Virus record (IMG/VR): IMGVR_UViG_3300036981_000286
Location: 1 to 64,000 of that record
Source: a virus
DNA: 64,000 bases
Strand: one strand, 5' to 3'
The notes below the pieces were generated by a model. That model was not told where the DNA came from. It searched no databases and saw nothing but the letters and a program-made list of their open reading frames with translations. Both the position numbers and the translations under genes were made by a program. Shown piece after piece: positions 46,571-55,599 of the stretch (positions are counted from its first letter, which is position 1; the number at the start of each line of letters is the position of its first letter).

Positions 46571-47499
46571 TGCTTCAAGCTCTGCGGGATAATCCGCTTC
46601 GCGCGCCGCACTGGCGTTGGCTGCGGGCTGTGCAAATTGATGCTGGTGGCCCAAAGCCGTCCAAAGCCGTTGACGGCTCCGACGGCTTTGAGTGGATTCG
46701 GCGCATTGTGCGGTTAAAGCGGCGGCACGCTATGGCTGCAAATAAACCACACGCTGTATACGCCTTAGTGCGTTTAGACCGCGGGTTATTCTGGGCGCAT
46801 TCAATTTGGGCAGAAGAAAAGGCCCCGACACGTTGGGCTATCGAGGCTTACATTCTGGCCGGCGCGTCTGACGAGGAAATTGCTGAAAAAGTGGGTTGCG
46901 AGCCGGACGTAATTGCCGCATACGCTGCCGTGTTTTTTGATGTGCGCGGAAAGCTGCATAATGGCAATTATATCGTAAACGTTGTGATGGCAGACGCCGT
47001 TTCCCGCGGGCTGACCGAGCGCCAATACGACCTGCTGTGGAAAATGTTTGGCTACCAAGGCGGTGTTTACGTTCTCGACGCGCTTATCGGTAAGTTCACA
47101 AATATCCATAAGCCGCAAAATGCCAACGAGGTTTCTGAGTTTTTCCAGACCTCGGCCATTAATTCTATGCGACATAAAGCCGCCGTGGCCGCGCTCACGG
47201 TGCCAATTAACACGCACACCCAGCTTCCGCTCCTCGAGTCGTACGTTAAGTACGTTGAAATCGAGCGGACCACGGAAAACACCGAAAAGTCTCAAATTAG
47301 TATTGTTCAAAATATTGGTGCTATGCTTAGTCATCTGCCGTTCAAAATTGGTACAAAGCTGGATTCCGAGGGGGATAAAATGGTACCCTTTGATAATAAC
47401 GCCGCAGAATTGCGCAGTGACGAATTAATGATTGTGGCGGCTGGCGGCAAGCTCGAAAATCAAAAGATGCTTGAGAACTTAAAGTTCCCGGGAGAATAA
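46570..47499 (+). CDS. Hypothetical protein
   Basis: TAATG overlap; possible helix-turn-helix ASDEEIAEKVGCEPDVI. Confidence 0.7.
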   Translation: MLQALRDNPLRAPHWRWLRAVQIDAGGPKPSKAVDGSDGFEWIRRIVRLKRRHAMAANKPHAVYALVRLDRGLFWAHSIWAEEKAPTRWAIEAYILAGASDEEIAEKVGCEPDVIAAYAAVFFDVRGKLHNGNYIVNVVMADAVSRGLTERQYDLLWKMFGYQGGVYVLDALIGKFTNIHKPQNANEVSEFFQTSAINSMRHKAAVAALTVPINTHTQLPLLESYVKYVEIERTTENTEKSQISIVQNIGAMLSHLPFKIGTKLDSEGDKMVPFDNNAAELRSDELMIVAAGGKLENQKMLENLKFPGE

Positions 47500-47502
47500 C
47501 GA

Positions 47503-48837
47503 ATGCGTCCTTTAAGCAAAGACGCCGAGACAAAACTGCTCTCGGCTATCGAAAAGGCCGCCGCGCTCGTGAATGACGGCGCGGAACCTAACGACGCGAT
47601 TATAAAAGTCGCGACAGCGGAGAATTTTCCCGCTAATTACGTAAACCTTATGGTGCACGCCTACAACACAGGCCGCACCACCAAACAACGTGAGCTTGGC
47701 GAGACAGTTAGCGAAAAATCAGCAGATTTTAAGCTCGCCGACGTGGACACAATTATTGACGCGCTTTACCCCAAAGCCGTAAAAACCGCAGGCGAGATTA
47801 TTCGCGACACGGCTATCTCAACTGAGTACGCGGTATCGCCGTCCGGGTTTTTAGCGCGCCGAAAAGCGACTATGGAAAAAGCGGCTGCTGCGCTTTTGCC
47901 GCTCCCGGAAAAGACGTTTACGCCGCCACCGAGAGACGAGCACGCTGCGGTCATGCGCGAGCAAAGCCGCAAGGTAGCAGAAAAGCGCGCGACAGAAGAA
48001 ATTCGCCGTGTTGCTACCGTGGCGTACAGCAAAGCCGCGGTCGCGATGGACGAGCTTGCGACGTATTTTCGGTCGCCGGGCAATATGAGTTTTGGAGACG
48101 CTGTTCGGGAGACTGAGCTGCGACTTGGCGACGAAGGCGTATCAGTGCTCAAAAAGCTTGCGGAAGTTTACCCGTGGCTGAATAAACAAGCCGCCACCGG
48201 CAAACACCACTTCGGCGACAACGGCCCGTACGCCACTGTGCAGACAGTTCTTGAAAAACTGGCTGAGTACAAGGAGTATCAGGGCAAATTTAACGCTGCC
48301 AGCCCACCGCCTAAAGAGAAGAAAGCGGAAATGGTTGTTACGACAGGCTCGATTCTGCGAAACCCCGCCGAGGAACCCGTCGAACTAAAAAAAGCTAACG
48401 CGTTGTCGGGATACCCAACCGGCCCGGTTTCGGCAACGCGTTCGCTGGGCGAGACGATGTGGCAGGGCGCCAACAGCTATATTAAATCACCAGATGAAAT
48501 GCGCAATGAGGCATTTAAAGACATTACAGATCCAGACCATGACCGGAAGCTGCGCAATATTCGAGCGCAGGGCGTGCTGGCTGATTTGGTAACTAACGAT
48601 CCTGTTATTTCAGGTCACGATCCGCGGGAGGTTGCAAATGCGTTTAATGAATTGGCTGAGGTCGCTCCTAGTTTCATGGATTCGTCCGCAACCGTGCAGG
48701 CTCTTTTGCGAAAAAGACTCGAGGCCGGGCAGCTTGCTGATTTTGACATAAAGCAGCTGTTAGAGCTTGAAAAAATTAAGGCCGAGCGGACGCGTAACCT
48801 CATTGACGTACAAGATAAACAACGTGGTTTAGTTTGA
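47503..48837 (+). CDS. Helical putative virion (inner head) protein
   Basis: Dense KxA motifs (KVAT, EKSAD, KTAG, EKAAA, EKRAT, KQAA, KKAN). Confidence 0.7.
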   Translation: MRPLSKDAETKLLSAIEKAAALVNDGAEPNDAIIKVATAENFPANYVNLMVHAYNTGRTTKQRELGETVSEKSADFKLADVDTIIDALYPKAVKTAGEIIRDTAISTEYAVSPSGFLARRKATMEKAAAALLPLPEKTFTPPPRDEHAAVMREQSRKVAEKRATEEIRRVATVAYSKAAVAMDELATYFRSPGNMSFGDAVRETELRLGDEGVSVLKKLAEVYPWLNKQAATGKHHFGDNGPYATVQTVLEKLAEYKEYQGKFNAASPPPKEKKAEMVVTTGSILRNPAEEPVELKKANALSGYPTGPVSATRSLGETMWQGANSYIKSPDEMRNEAFKDITDPDHDRKLRNIRAQGVLADLVTNDPVISGHDPREVANAFNELAEVAPSFMDSSATVQALLRKRLEAGQLADFDIKQLLELEKIKAERTRNLIDVQDKQRGLV

Positions 48838-48844
48838 GGACGTT

Positions 48845-50020
48845 ATGAACGAGCAGACAACTGAAAAATTTGCCAACCTCCTCGGTGTTTATGCGACCAC
48901 CGGCAACAGCGCCGGCCTGCAAAAAGAAGCTGCGGAAAACGGCCTAATTAAATCAGCTATTAGTTCCTTAATGTACATGCCGCTTCTCGGCGCTGGCATT
49001 GGTGGCGCTAGCGGTTATTTCGGCACATCGGGCAAGGAAAAGAAAAAGCAGCGTAACGCGATGTACGGCGCGCTAACTGGCGGTTTGGGCGGTTTTGCTG
49101 GCGCGGCATTAACGCCGGTAGTCAGAGAAATGCTCTCGGCAAAGGCTGCACCTGCCGCGGCTTCTGAGCCTAAGGGCGACGGCGGTAAAAAAGAACCGCC
49201 GGGGAGCGTTTATGGCGGGCCGAACTCGACTCCGGTTGGCGGAGCGGTCGTTGGCGCCGGTGCCGTGGCTGGCGGTTTTGGCGGCCAGCGTGCGGGCGGT
49301 CAGCTTTACGACAGAGTAACCGGCACTAAGCCGGATCACGGCTCTCTTGCGCGCCTCGCTGACGCGTCCGGTAAGGCCACGAAAGGTAAAACAGGTCCGG
49401 CAGCAAAAAACGAATACGGGGTCTTAAAGAAAATTTTTGAGGCGCATAACCAGCGCGGCCAGCCCGTCGCGGCTAGTTTAGACGCGCTGCCGGCAGTACC
49501 GCCTAGACTTAGACCGGCACCGACTATGCCTCGAAGCCCTGAAACGCTCCCCGGCTTCGCGTCCGGCCACCCGAGCAGTGTAGCTGCAATGACTGATTAC
49601 AACAACGCCGTAGCGGCATACAATAACGAGCTCAAAACGTGGCGGGGCGAAGCAGCAGCGTACAATACACAACTTAAACAATTTCAAGCCGCGCGCGCAG
49701 GATTAGCTGGAAAATTGCAAGATGCTGAAGCTATTGTGCGGACGCAAAGTCTGGGCGGAACACCGGCTGAGCAAGCCCGCCGCGCAGCAATTCTTGATGA
49801 GATGATTAGAAACAACAAAGGCGCGCCCAGCGGGCGAACACTAACAGATGTTAAGCCGCATTTAAAGGGCACTACCGGGCGGCGCATTGCGCGTGTAGGT
49901 GGCGGGGGTGTGGGTGCCGTAGCCGGCGGCGCGATCACTAACCTTCTTGGGCGGATTCTTGGCAACGTGGCAGACCGCACGCTTGGCAATGTTCCCGCAC
50001 CAACAAAGCAGGAAAAATAA
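48845..50020 (+). CDS. Glycine-zipper putative virion protein
   Basis: EKFAN, QKEAA; GAGIGG...KKK.RNA.YGALTGGLGG hairpin. Confidence 0.7.
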   Translation: MNEQTTEKFANLLGVYATTGNSAGLQKEAAENGLIKSAISSLMYMPLLGAGIGGASGYFGTSGKEKKKQRNAMYGALTGGLGGFAGAALTPVVREMLSAKAAPAAASEPKGDGGKKEPPGSVYGGPNSTPVGGAVVGAGAVAGGFGGQRAGGQLYDRVTGTKPDHGSLARLADASGKATKGKTGPAAKNEYGVLKKIFEAHNQRGQPVAASLDALPAVPPRLRPAPTMPRSPETLPGFASGHPSSVAAMTDYNNAVAAYNNELKTWRGEAAAYNTQLKQFQAARAGLAGKLQDAEAIVRTQSLGGTPAEQARRAAILDEMIRNNKGAPSGRTLTDVKPHLKGTTGRRIARVGGGGVGAVAGGAITNLLGRILGNVADRTLGNVPAPTKQEK

Positions 50021-50021
50021 C

Positions 50022-51497
50022 ATGAGCATGATCAAGGTTATCCAGCCAAATTCGCAAGACTTCAGCGAACCGGTTGCGTCGCTTATTAAAATTTCTAGCC
50101 GCGGGATTATTGGCGCCGACAAGCTTGACCTTGTGAAACGCGCTGGCGCAGAATTTGTGCACAAAATGGAGCACATTAAATTCGCAAAAGATGAAGTTCC
50201 TGTGCACTTAATTGCAATTGGCGCCACTGAAGACTACGGCCCCAATCGTAACGGCGACGGTTTTAAACGCGCCTGCTGCGAAAAATATCACGACACGTTT
50301 GTTAAACATGCGCGATTTTACCGCGACCATATCAACAAAAATCCGGCTAAAAGTTACGGGATCGTAAAGGCCTCGGCGTACCACGACCCCATGCGCCGCA
50401 TTGAACTTGTATGCGCGCTTAACGCGACAAAAGAAGCGGCTGACCGCAACGGCGGGTTATTAGCCGATAAAGAGCTTGAGAAGCTTGCCAACGGCGACGA
50501 TATCGGCGTGTCTATGGCGTGCACCATTCCGTTTGACGTGTGCAGCCATTGCGGCAACAAAGCCCGCACCCGCGCGGAGTACTGCGACTCAATTGAAAAC
50601 GGCGGGCACTGCAAGGCCGGCGGTTTAAAGCACAACATGGGCAAGTGCGCGTATGACGGTAGTATTTTATTCGCTGATAATACCCAACCTCGATTCTTTG
50701 ACATTTCTCACGTTTACCGCCCCGCTGACCGTATTGCCTATATCTCAGGGCGCCTTAAAGCGGCGTCAACTGGTGTAATTTCCGGCGCTGAGTTGGCAGA
50801 GCAACTTGGCGTCACCGCCCCTATGTTTTTAGACGTAGACGGCGTTTCAGCGCATACCCGCGGCCAGCTTATCGCCCTAGAAAAGCTATCCTCTGCCGAA
50901 TCTGACCCTGACTTTGGACGCAGCTGGGCAAAGACAGCACTGGCCGAATCGCCGGCTGTGCAAGAAACAATTAATATCGCGGAACTGGCCAACGTAAAGC
51001 TGGCTGAGGCTTTTCGCGCGCTTGCTGATGCGGGCGTTATCCTGCCTGTTAAGGATTTTTTAAACCTCACTGTTAAGGCCGCTGGACAAGAATTGGTTAC
51101 GTCCGTGACCGACGCCCTGCCCGGCATATTTTCAAAGTTGGCTGCTGAGCAAGATATTGTTTCAAGTTTGGAGCAAAATGCTTATAATCCAGCATATGCA
51201 GCAAATGCCCGACTTCACAGTTGGGCAGAACGGGTTGCAGCTACGCGAAGCATGTTGCCGAAAGCCGTTGAAAAGCGCGCTTATCTGGCTGTGATTCGTA
51301 ATGCAACGCCGGCGGCTATTAACGAAACAAATTTTCAATCGATGACCAAGAAAGCAGAAACAAGCAGTGCGGCGGTGAAAGCCCTTGCGCGTCATTACGC
51401 TCTGTATAAAATTGCTGCGTTCTCGGAAATCATGAAAAAATATGATGCTGATGGGTTGACAGCACAGCATTGTGTTATGCAGAATTATGTGATGTAA
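50022..51497 (+). CDS. Prohead (capsid maturation) serine protease, HK97/assemblin-like, with C-terminal extension
   Basis: NRNGDGF, FYRDH (His), VSMAC (Ser) followed by CSHCG, FFDIS.V.RPAD; upstream of scaffold and capsid; start 50022 (track 49947). Confidence 0.75.
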   Translation: MSMIKVIQPNSQDFSEPVASLIKISSRGIIGADKLDLVKRAGAEFVHKMEHIKFAKDEVPVHLIAIGATEDYGPNRNGDGFKRACCEKYHDTFVKHARFYRDHINKNPAKSYGIVKASAYHDPMRRIELVCALNATKEAADRNGGLLADKELEKLANGDDIGVSMACTIPFDVCSHCGNKARTRAEYCDSIENGGHCKAGGLKHNMGKCAYDGSILFADNTQPRFFDISHVYRPADRIAYISGRLKAASTGVISGAELAEQLGVTAPMFLDVDGVSAHTRGQLIALEKLSSAESDPDFGRSWAKTALAESPAVQETINIAELANVKLAEAFRALADAGVILPVKDFLNLTVKAAGQELVTSVTDALPGIFSKLAAEQDIVSSLEQNAYNPAYAANARLHSWAERVAATRSMLPKAVEKRAYLAVIRNATPAAINETNFQSMTKKAETSSAAVKALARHYALYKIAAFSEIMKKYDADGLTAQHCVMQNYVM

Positions 51498-51539
51498 CAA
51501 ACGCCGACATAAAATGTGCGGTGTACAAAGGAGACAACT

Positions 51540-52829
51540 ATGGCACGGATGCAACGTTCGCTCTTCGCGCAACTAAACGCGCTGGCTGAAGAAATTTCTC
51601 AGAACGCGGAAAAGGTCGCGGCTGCTAAGCAAGCCTCGCCGGTTCCCGCTGACCCGGGTGGGTATCAGGGCGCATCGACGCACCCCAGCGCGCACGTTGA
51701 TAACGATGTGCAGAAGGCGACGACGGGCGCTCGTGCATCTGAGTACGAGGCGGACGTTAAGAAGCAGCAGGGCGCGCTCGCTGTAGATAACACACCTGAG
51801 ATGTCGCAGGAAGGTCGTCAGGATGATGTTCAATTAAACATCAACACCAACGCCGCTGCGACAGGCGAAGATCCGGCCGCTGAAAAAGATTACAAGGGTA
51901 CGAAAGACGACCCGGGTACATCGCATCCCGCCAAGACCAACGACGGCGAGAAGTACAGCCACGTATCGTTTAAAGAAGCTCACACCAAGTGCAGCAATCT
52001 TGGTAACGAGATTCTGGCTGACCTCGTCAACTTCGGAACAGCTACTTTTAAAAAGGCTGAAAAAGACGTTGCCGAAGCGGTGACAGGAAAAAAAGACAAT
52101 AGCGGCAATTTAAAGGGCAACCAAAACAAGCTCGACGTCGATAAGGACGGCAAGCTCGAGGGTTCCGACTTTGCCGCGCTGCGTAATAACGACAAGGCTG
52201 CCGCTTTTTCGGCCGGCTACGAGTTAGCCGCTGCGCTTGGTATGGATAAGGCTGCGGCCGAGGCCAGTGTCCGCGACGTATGCGCGAACACGCTGCGCGA
52301 AGCTGACGAAATGGCTGATCTGTTCGTTGGGTTCTACACAGCGAAGCAGGCTGACGACGCCGCCGCTGAAGAAGGCGAAGATCACGCCGAAGAAGGCGAA
52401 TCCGAGGGCGGCGAAGAAGCGCCAGCTGTTAGCGTTGAAGAAATGATGGGCGGCGGGGCCCCGGCCGGTGAGCCCGGACTTGAGCAGGCTCCTCCGTCGG
52501 AAGACGAGGCGCTGCAAGAGCTGGCGATGGCGTTACAAGAACTAGGCATTCCGCCGGAAGCGCTGCTGCAGGGTCTTGCGGGCGAGGCCGGCGGCGAGGG
52601 AGCGATGGCTCCTGAAATGGCCCCCGAGATGGCTCCTGAGATGGCTCCTGAGATGGCTCCTGAAATGGCCCCGAAGATGGCGGCCGCTCGAGAGCTGCAA
52701 ATGATCGGTAACGCTGTTATTAACTTTCAGAGTTCCGGTAATTTTCAAGTCAAAGAGGCTCGCACCAAGCGGTCGCGCCATCTGCGAGATATCATGAAAG
52801 ATCATGTGCGCGAACTCGTTGGTCGCTGA
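51540..52829 (+). CDS. Scaffold-like acidic head protein
   Basis: Between protease and capsid; acidic/helical; KQAS, KAAA, KQAD, KMAA; GNQNKLDVDKDGKLEGSDF EF-hand-like motif. Confidence 0.6.
   Translation: MARMQRSLFAQLNALAEEISQNAEKVAAAKQASPVPADPGGYQGASTHPSAHVDNDVQKATTGARASEYEADVKKQQGALAVDNTPEMSQEGRQDDVQLNINTNAAATGEDPAAEKDYKGTKDDPGTSHPAKTNDGEKYSHVSFKEAHTKCSNLGNEILADLVNFGTATFKKAEKDVAEAVTGKKDNSGNLKGNQNKLDVDKDGKLEGSDFAALRNNDKAAAFSAGYELAAALGMDKAAAEASVRDVCANTLREADEMADLFVGFYTAKQADDAAAEEGEDHAEEGESEGGEEAPAVSVEEMMGGGAPAGEPGLEQAPPSEDEALQELAMALQELGIPPEALLQGLAGEAGGEGAMAPEMAPEMAPEMAPEMAPEMAPKMAAARELQMIGNAVINFQSSGNFQVKEARTKRSRHLRDIMKDHVRELVGR
52605..52676 (+). repeat. 12-bp tandem repeat x6 (MAPE x5 + MAPK)
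   Basis: atggcYccNRaR units in frame. Confidence 0.9.
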
Positions 52830-52847
52830 ACTTAAACGGAGGTTTCC

Positions 52848-53270
52848 ATGCCTGATACGAATCAGTTAGTTCAAAAAGTCATCGACTACATCGGTTTTTC
52901 CGATGCCGCGATGAGCAAGGCTGCGTCGGTGCTCGCTAATCGCGACGCGCAGCAAGAGAAGATTGCTCAGTTAATTCCCGAGGCTGTGAAGGCGTGCACT
53001 GAAAACGAGCGCATCGAATCGCACCAGAAGGAAGCGCTGGCCGCTGCTCTGCAAGACCCAGTTCGCGCTATGGAACTGGTCATTAAGTTAGCGTCGCACA
53101 AGAATGCCGCCGAAATGGCCCGCATTGGTGCGCCGATAACGCAGAAGTCAGCTGGATATGATCCGAATACCAGCGTCACAAGCTCGTACGTGGGAGCTCG
53201 TGACGGCAAGCTCAGGGCAAGTGACATTAAGTTGTTCACAGGTCTTGGTCTTAATCCGCCCACGAGTTGA
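52848..53270 (+). CDS. Head-associated helical protein
   Basis: KAAS, EKIA, KLAS, QKSAG; located in capsid operon. Confidence 0.65.
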   Translation: MPDTNQLVQKVIDYIGFSDAAMSKAASVLANRDAQQEKIAQLIPEAVKACTENERIESHQKEALAAALQDPVRAMELVIKLASHKNAAEMARIGAPITQKSAGYDPNTSVTSSYVGARDGKLRASDIKLFTGLGLNPPTS

Positions 53271-53316
53271 TTTCTAATACGTTACTTCACCACCAATAAG
53301 ACACGGAGGTCTTACA

Positions 53317-53877
53317 ATGGCTGTTTCTCCTGATCTTCCTTTCGAACATGGCCTTGATATCAAAAAGGGCTGGTTCGACATGGCGTCGCTCGACTACTCG
53401 GCTAAGCTGGGTAGTGTCAGCTTCGTAGTCCCCCGCGGCCGAGTTGTGCATCTCGAGGTTGTCGGCGGCGCAGAAGTGTTTCTGCCCGGCGTACGCAACA
53501 CCGACGTTGCAATCTTCCTGCTGAATGGCTCGTCCGATGCCGATGTGTCCAACCCGGGCACAACTGCGTCTGGTCGGTTTATGCATCAGGCGATCTCGCC
53601 GTCTGGCAAGTTGTCTGGCGTAGTTGCGACTGGCGGTTACGAAATTGACTCGACCGAGTTCAACGCCAATCTGTCGTACGCCCCCGGCGATCTTCTGACG
53701 GCACCGACTGGCACCTCTGCTGGCTCTGTTGCTACAGCCGGTGTTCTTACGAACGCTTCTGTCACTGTATACGTCACGCCGGTCGTCGGCGTCGTATCGA
53801 GCGGCAAGCATGTCAACCACAACGGCGTTGATACTCTCTCCTTTTGGAGCGTTTATCTCCCCGGCACTGCGGAATAA
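53317..53877 (+). CDS. Putative capsid decoration/cement protein
   Basis: Immediately upstream of the capsid gene; YAPGDLLT...G.L...VVGVV pattern. Confidence 0.55.
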   Translation: MAVSPDLPFEHGLDIKKGWFDMASLDYSAKLGSVSFVVPRGRVVHLEVVGGAEVFLPGVRNTDVAIFLLNGSSDADVSNPGTTASGRFMHQAISPSGKLSGVVATGGYEIDSTEFNANLSYAPGDLLTAPTGTSAGSVATAGVLTNASVTVYVTPVVGVVSSGKHVNHNGVDTLSFWSVYLPGTAE

Positions 53878-53916
53878 CTAACTCTTTAACTTCACCGGAA
53901 CACGGAGGTTCCAACA

Positions 53917-54846
53917 ATGCCCACTCAGCAAGAAATCCAGCTGCTTAACGAGACTCTCTTTGAGCAGCTTGACACCCCCGGCATGCAAAAGCAGGCCATT
54001 GATGCGGTTAACGACTTCACGCGCACCAAGATGCGTGAAGACGGGTTCTACCGGCGGATCATGCCGCCGCTGACCATCACCAACGACGAGCTCGACCGTC
54101 AGGTTGATACTGACAAGCCCGTTAAGGTTGTGGACAAGGAGCCCGATTCCCCGGCGGCTGTGTCGCTTCCGTTCGCGACGCTTCCGATTAACTTCTACAT
54201 CCGTGGCCCGCGCTACCGCGTCATGTTTGACCGGATCGTGTCGCCCCGCGCTGTAAAAGACGTCGACGAGCTGCGTACTTACGTCATGGACATCCGGCAG
54301 GTTCTGTCGGACAACATGATCAAGGACATGCTCGCCGAGGAAGACTCGAAGTTTATTGCTGCTCTTAACGCCGTTCTTGGCGACACTCCCGGCGCGACTA
54401 ACCTCGCTTCGGGCGCTGTGCAGTACGAGGAGATCTATGGCGGCATCACCCGCGAGACGCTGGTTGATGCTCTTAAGATCATGCCCCGTACGCCGTCGCA
54501 CTTTGAGGTTGAAACCTGCCTCGTGAATAACCTCACGATCAAGGAGCTCCTCAAGTTCGGTCGCGATGAGATGGGTGGTGACTTCTCGCAAGACATCATC
54601 AAGAACGGCTGGGCGGAAACCAATTTCCTCAACTGCCGTTGGATCGTCACGATCAAGACCGGTCTTGTCCCGACGGACACGATGTACATGTTCGCGTCGC
54701 CGAAGTTCATCGGCAAGAACTACGAGCTCGAGCCCACCACGATGTATATCCGTCGTGAGGCGTTCATGCTCGAGTACTTCGCCTACAACACGCAGGGCGG
54801 CTCGTTCGGTCATACGAACGGTCTCGCTCGCGTGGACTTCAAGTGA
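53917..54846 (+). CDS. Major capsid protein (probable HK97 fold)
   Basis: 309 aa, strongly biased high-expression codons, position after protease/scaffold/decoration; REDGFYRRIMPP, EEDSKF; N-terminal QKQA site. Confidence 0.75.
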   Translation: MPTQQEIQLLNETLFEQLDTPGMQKQAIDAVNDFTRTKMREDGFYRRIMPPLTITNDELDRQVDTDKPVKVVDKEPDSPAAVSLPFATLPINFYIRGPRYRVMFDRIVSPRAVKDVDELRTYVMDIRQVLSDNMIKDMLAEEDSKFIAALNAVLGDTPGATNLASGAVQYEEIYGGITRETLVDALKIMPRTPSHFEVETCLVNNLTIKELLKFGRDEMGGDFSQDIIKNGWAETNFLNCRWIVTIKTGLVPTDTMYMFASPKFIGKNYELEPTTMYIRREAFMLEYFAYNTQGGSFGHTNGLARVDFK

Positions 54847-54872
54847 TAACAACGTAACAAGGAGCACATGAC

Positions 54873-55256
54873 ATGGATCAGGTTAAGCAAGCCGCCGATC
54901 AGAGCGTTGCGGTACTCGTAAACGAACTGGCGGCGCCCTACTTCTTCGAGAAGCTTTCAGCGCACGGCATTCGGCCGCGCAATGAGAGCGAAGCCTCGGG
55001 TATGTGGGCTGCAGCCCAGAAACTTCACGTGCTCTATACGGCAGAGCAGCAAAAGGCCGCCGCGGTCGAAACGTCCAAACTGGCTAGCGCCAACGAGCAG
55101 CTCGACGCTGTTCTTGTCGCTGCCGGTCTGGCCGGCTCGGAAAAGGTTGCGGCGTTTAATCAAGCTGCCGACGTCGTGGCCCAGCAGCCGCACATCGCTG
55201 ACGCGGTGTTGCGGCTGCAGGCCGCGCTGGCGATTGCCGCTCAAGACGCAGGCTAA
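54873..55256 (+). CDS. Head-associated helical protein
   Basis: VKQAA, FFEKLS, QKAAA, KLAS, EKVAA. Confidence 0.65.
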   Translation: MDQVKQAADQSVAVLVNELAAPYFFEKLSAHGIRPRNESEASGMWAAAQKLHVLYTAEQQKAAAVETSKLASANEQLDAVLVAAGLAGSEKVAAFNQAADVVAQQPHIADAVLRLQAALAIAAQDAG

Positions 55257-55275
55257 CTAACAAACGGAGTGAACA

Positions 55276-55599
55276 ATGGCACTTGTACCCGGTTTATACA
55301 CAACAGTTAAGAACACCTCAGGCGCGGAAGCGACCTTTGGTTTTCTTGGCGCCCACGGCAAGCGGCTTGCGAACAACGGCACGTACACTGTGCCCGGCGA
55401 TCTCGTAGCTAAGCTTGGCAACGGCGGCAAAGGCTCGCAGCGCGCGTTTAAGGCGCTCGAGAAGGCGCTCAATGACGGAGACATGGTTATCACCAAGTCT
55501 CCGGCGGTTTACCTTAGCGATACAGCTGACGGCAGCATCGACGAGGTCAAGCTGACCAGCGACACGCTGGGCATCCGCTCGCCGGCGGGCTGGGACTGA
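55276..55599 (+). CDS. Hypothetical structural protein
   Basis: SD ggag; last gene before terminator. Confidence 0.65.
   Translation: MALVPGLYTTVKNTSGAEATFGFLGAHGKRLANNGTYTVPGDLVAKLGNGGKGSQRAFKALEKALNDGDMVITKSPAVYLSDTADGSIDEVKLTSDTLGIRSPAGWD

Noticed and set aside
53878-54867. 329-aa minus-strand ORF opposite the major capsid gene (and similar long antisense ORFs)
   Set aside because: Shadow of strongly biased + strand codon usage; no SD or motifs; all supported genes are on +
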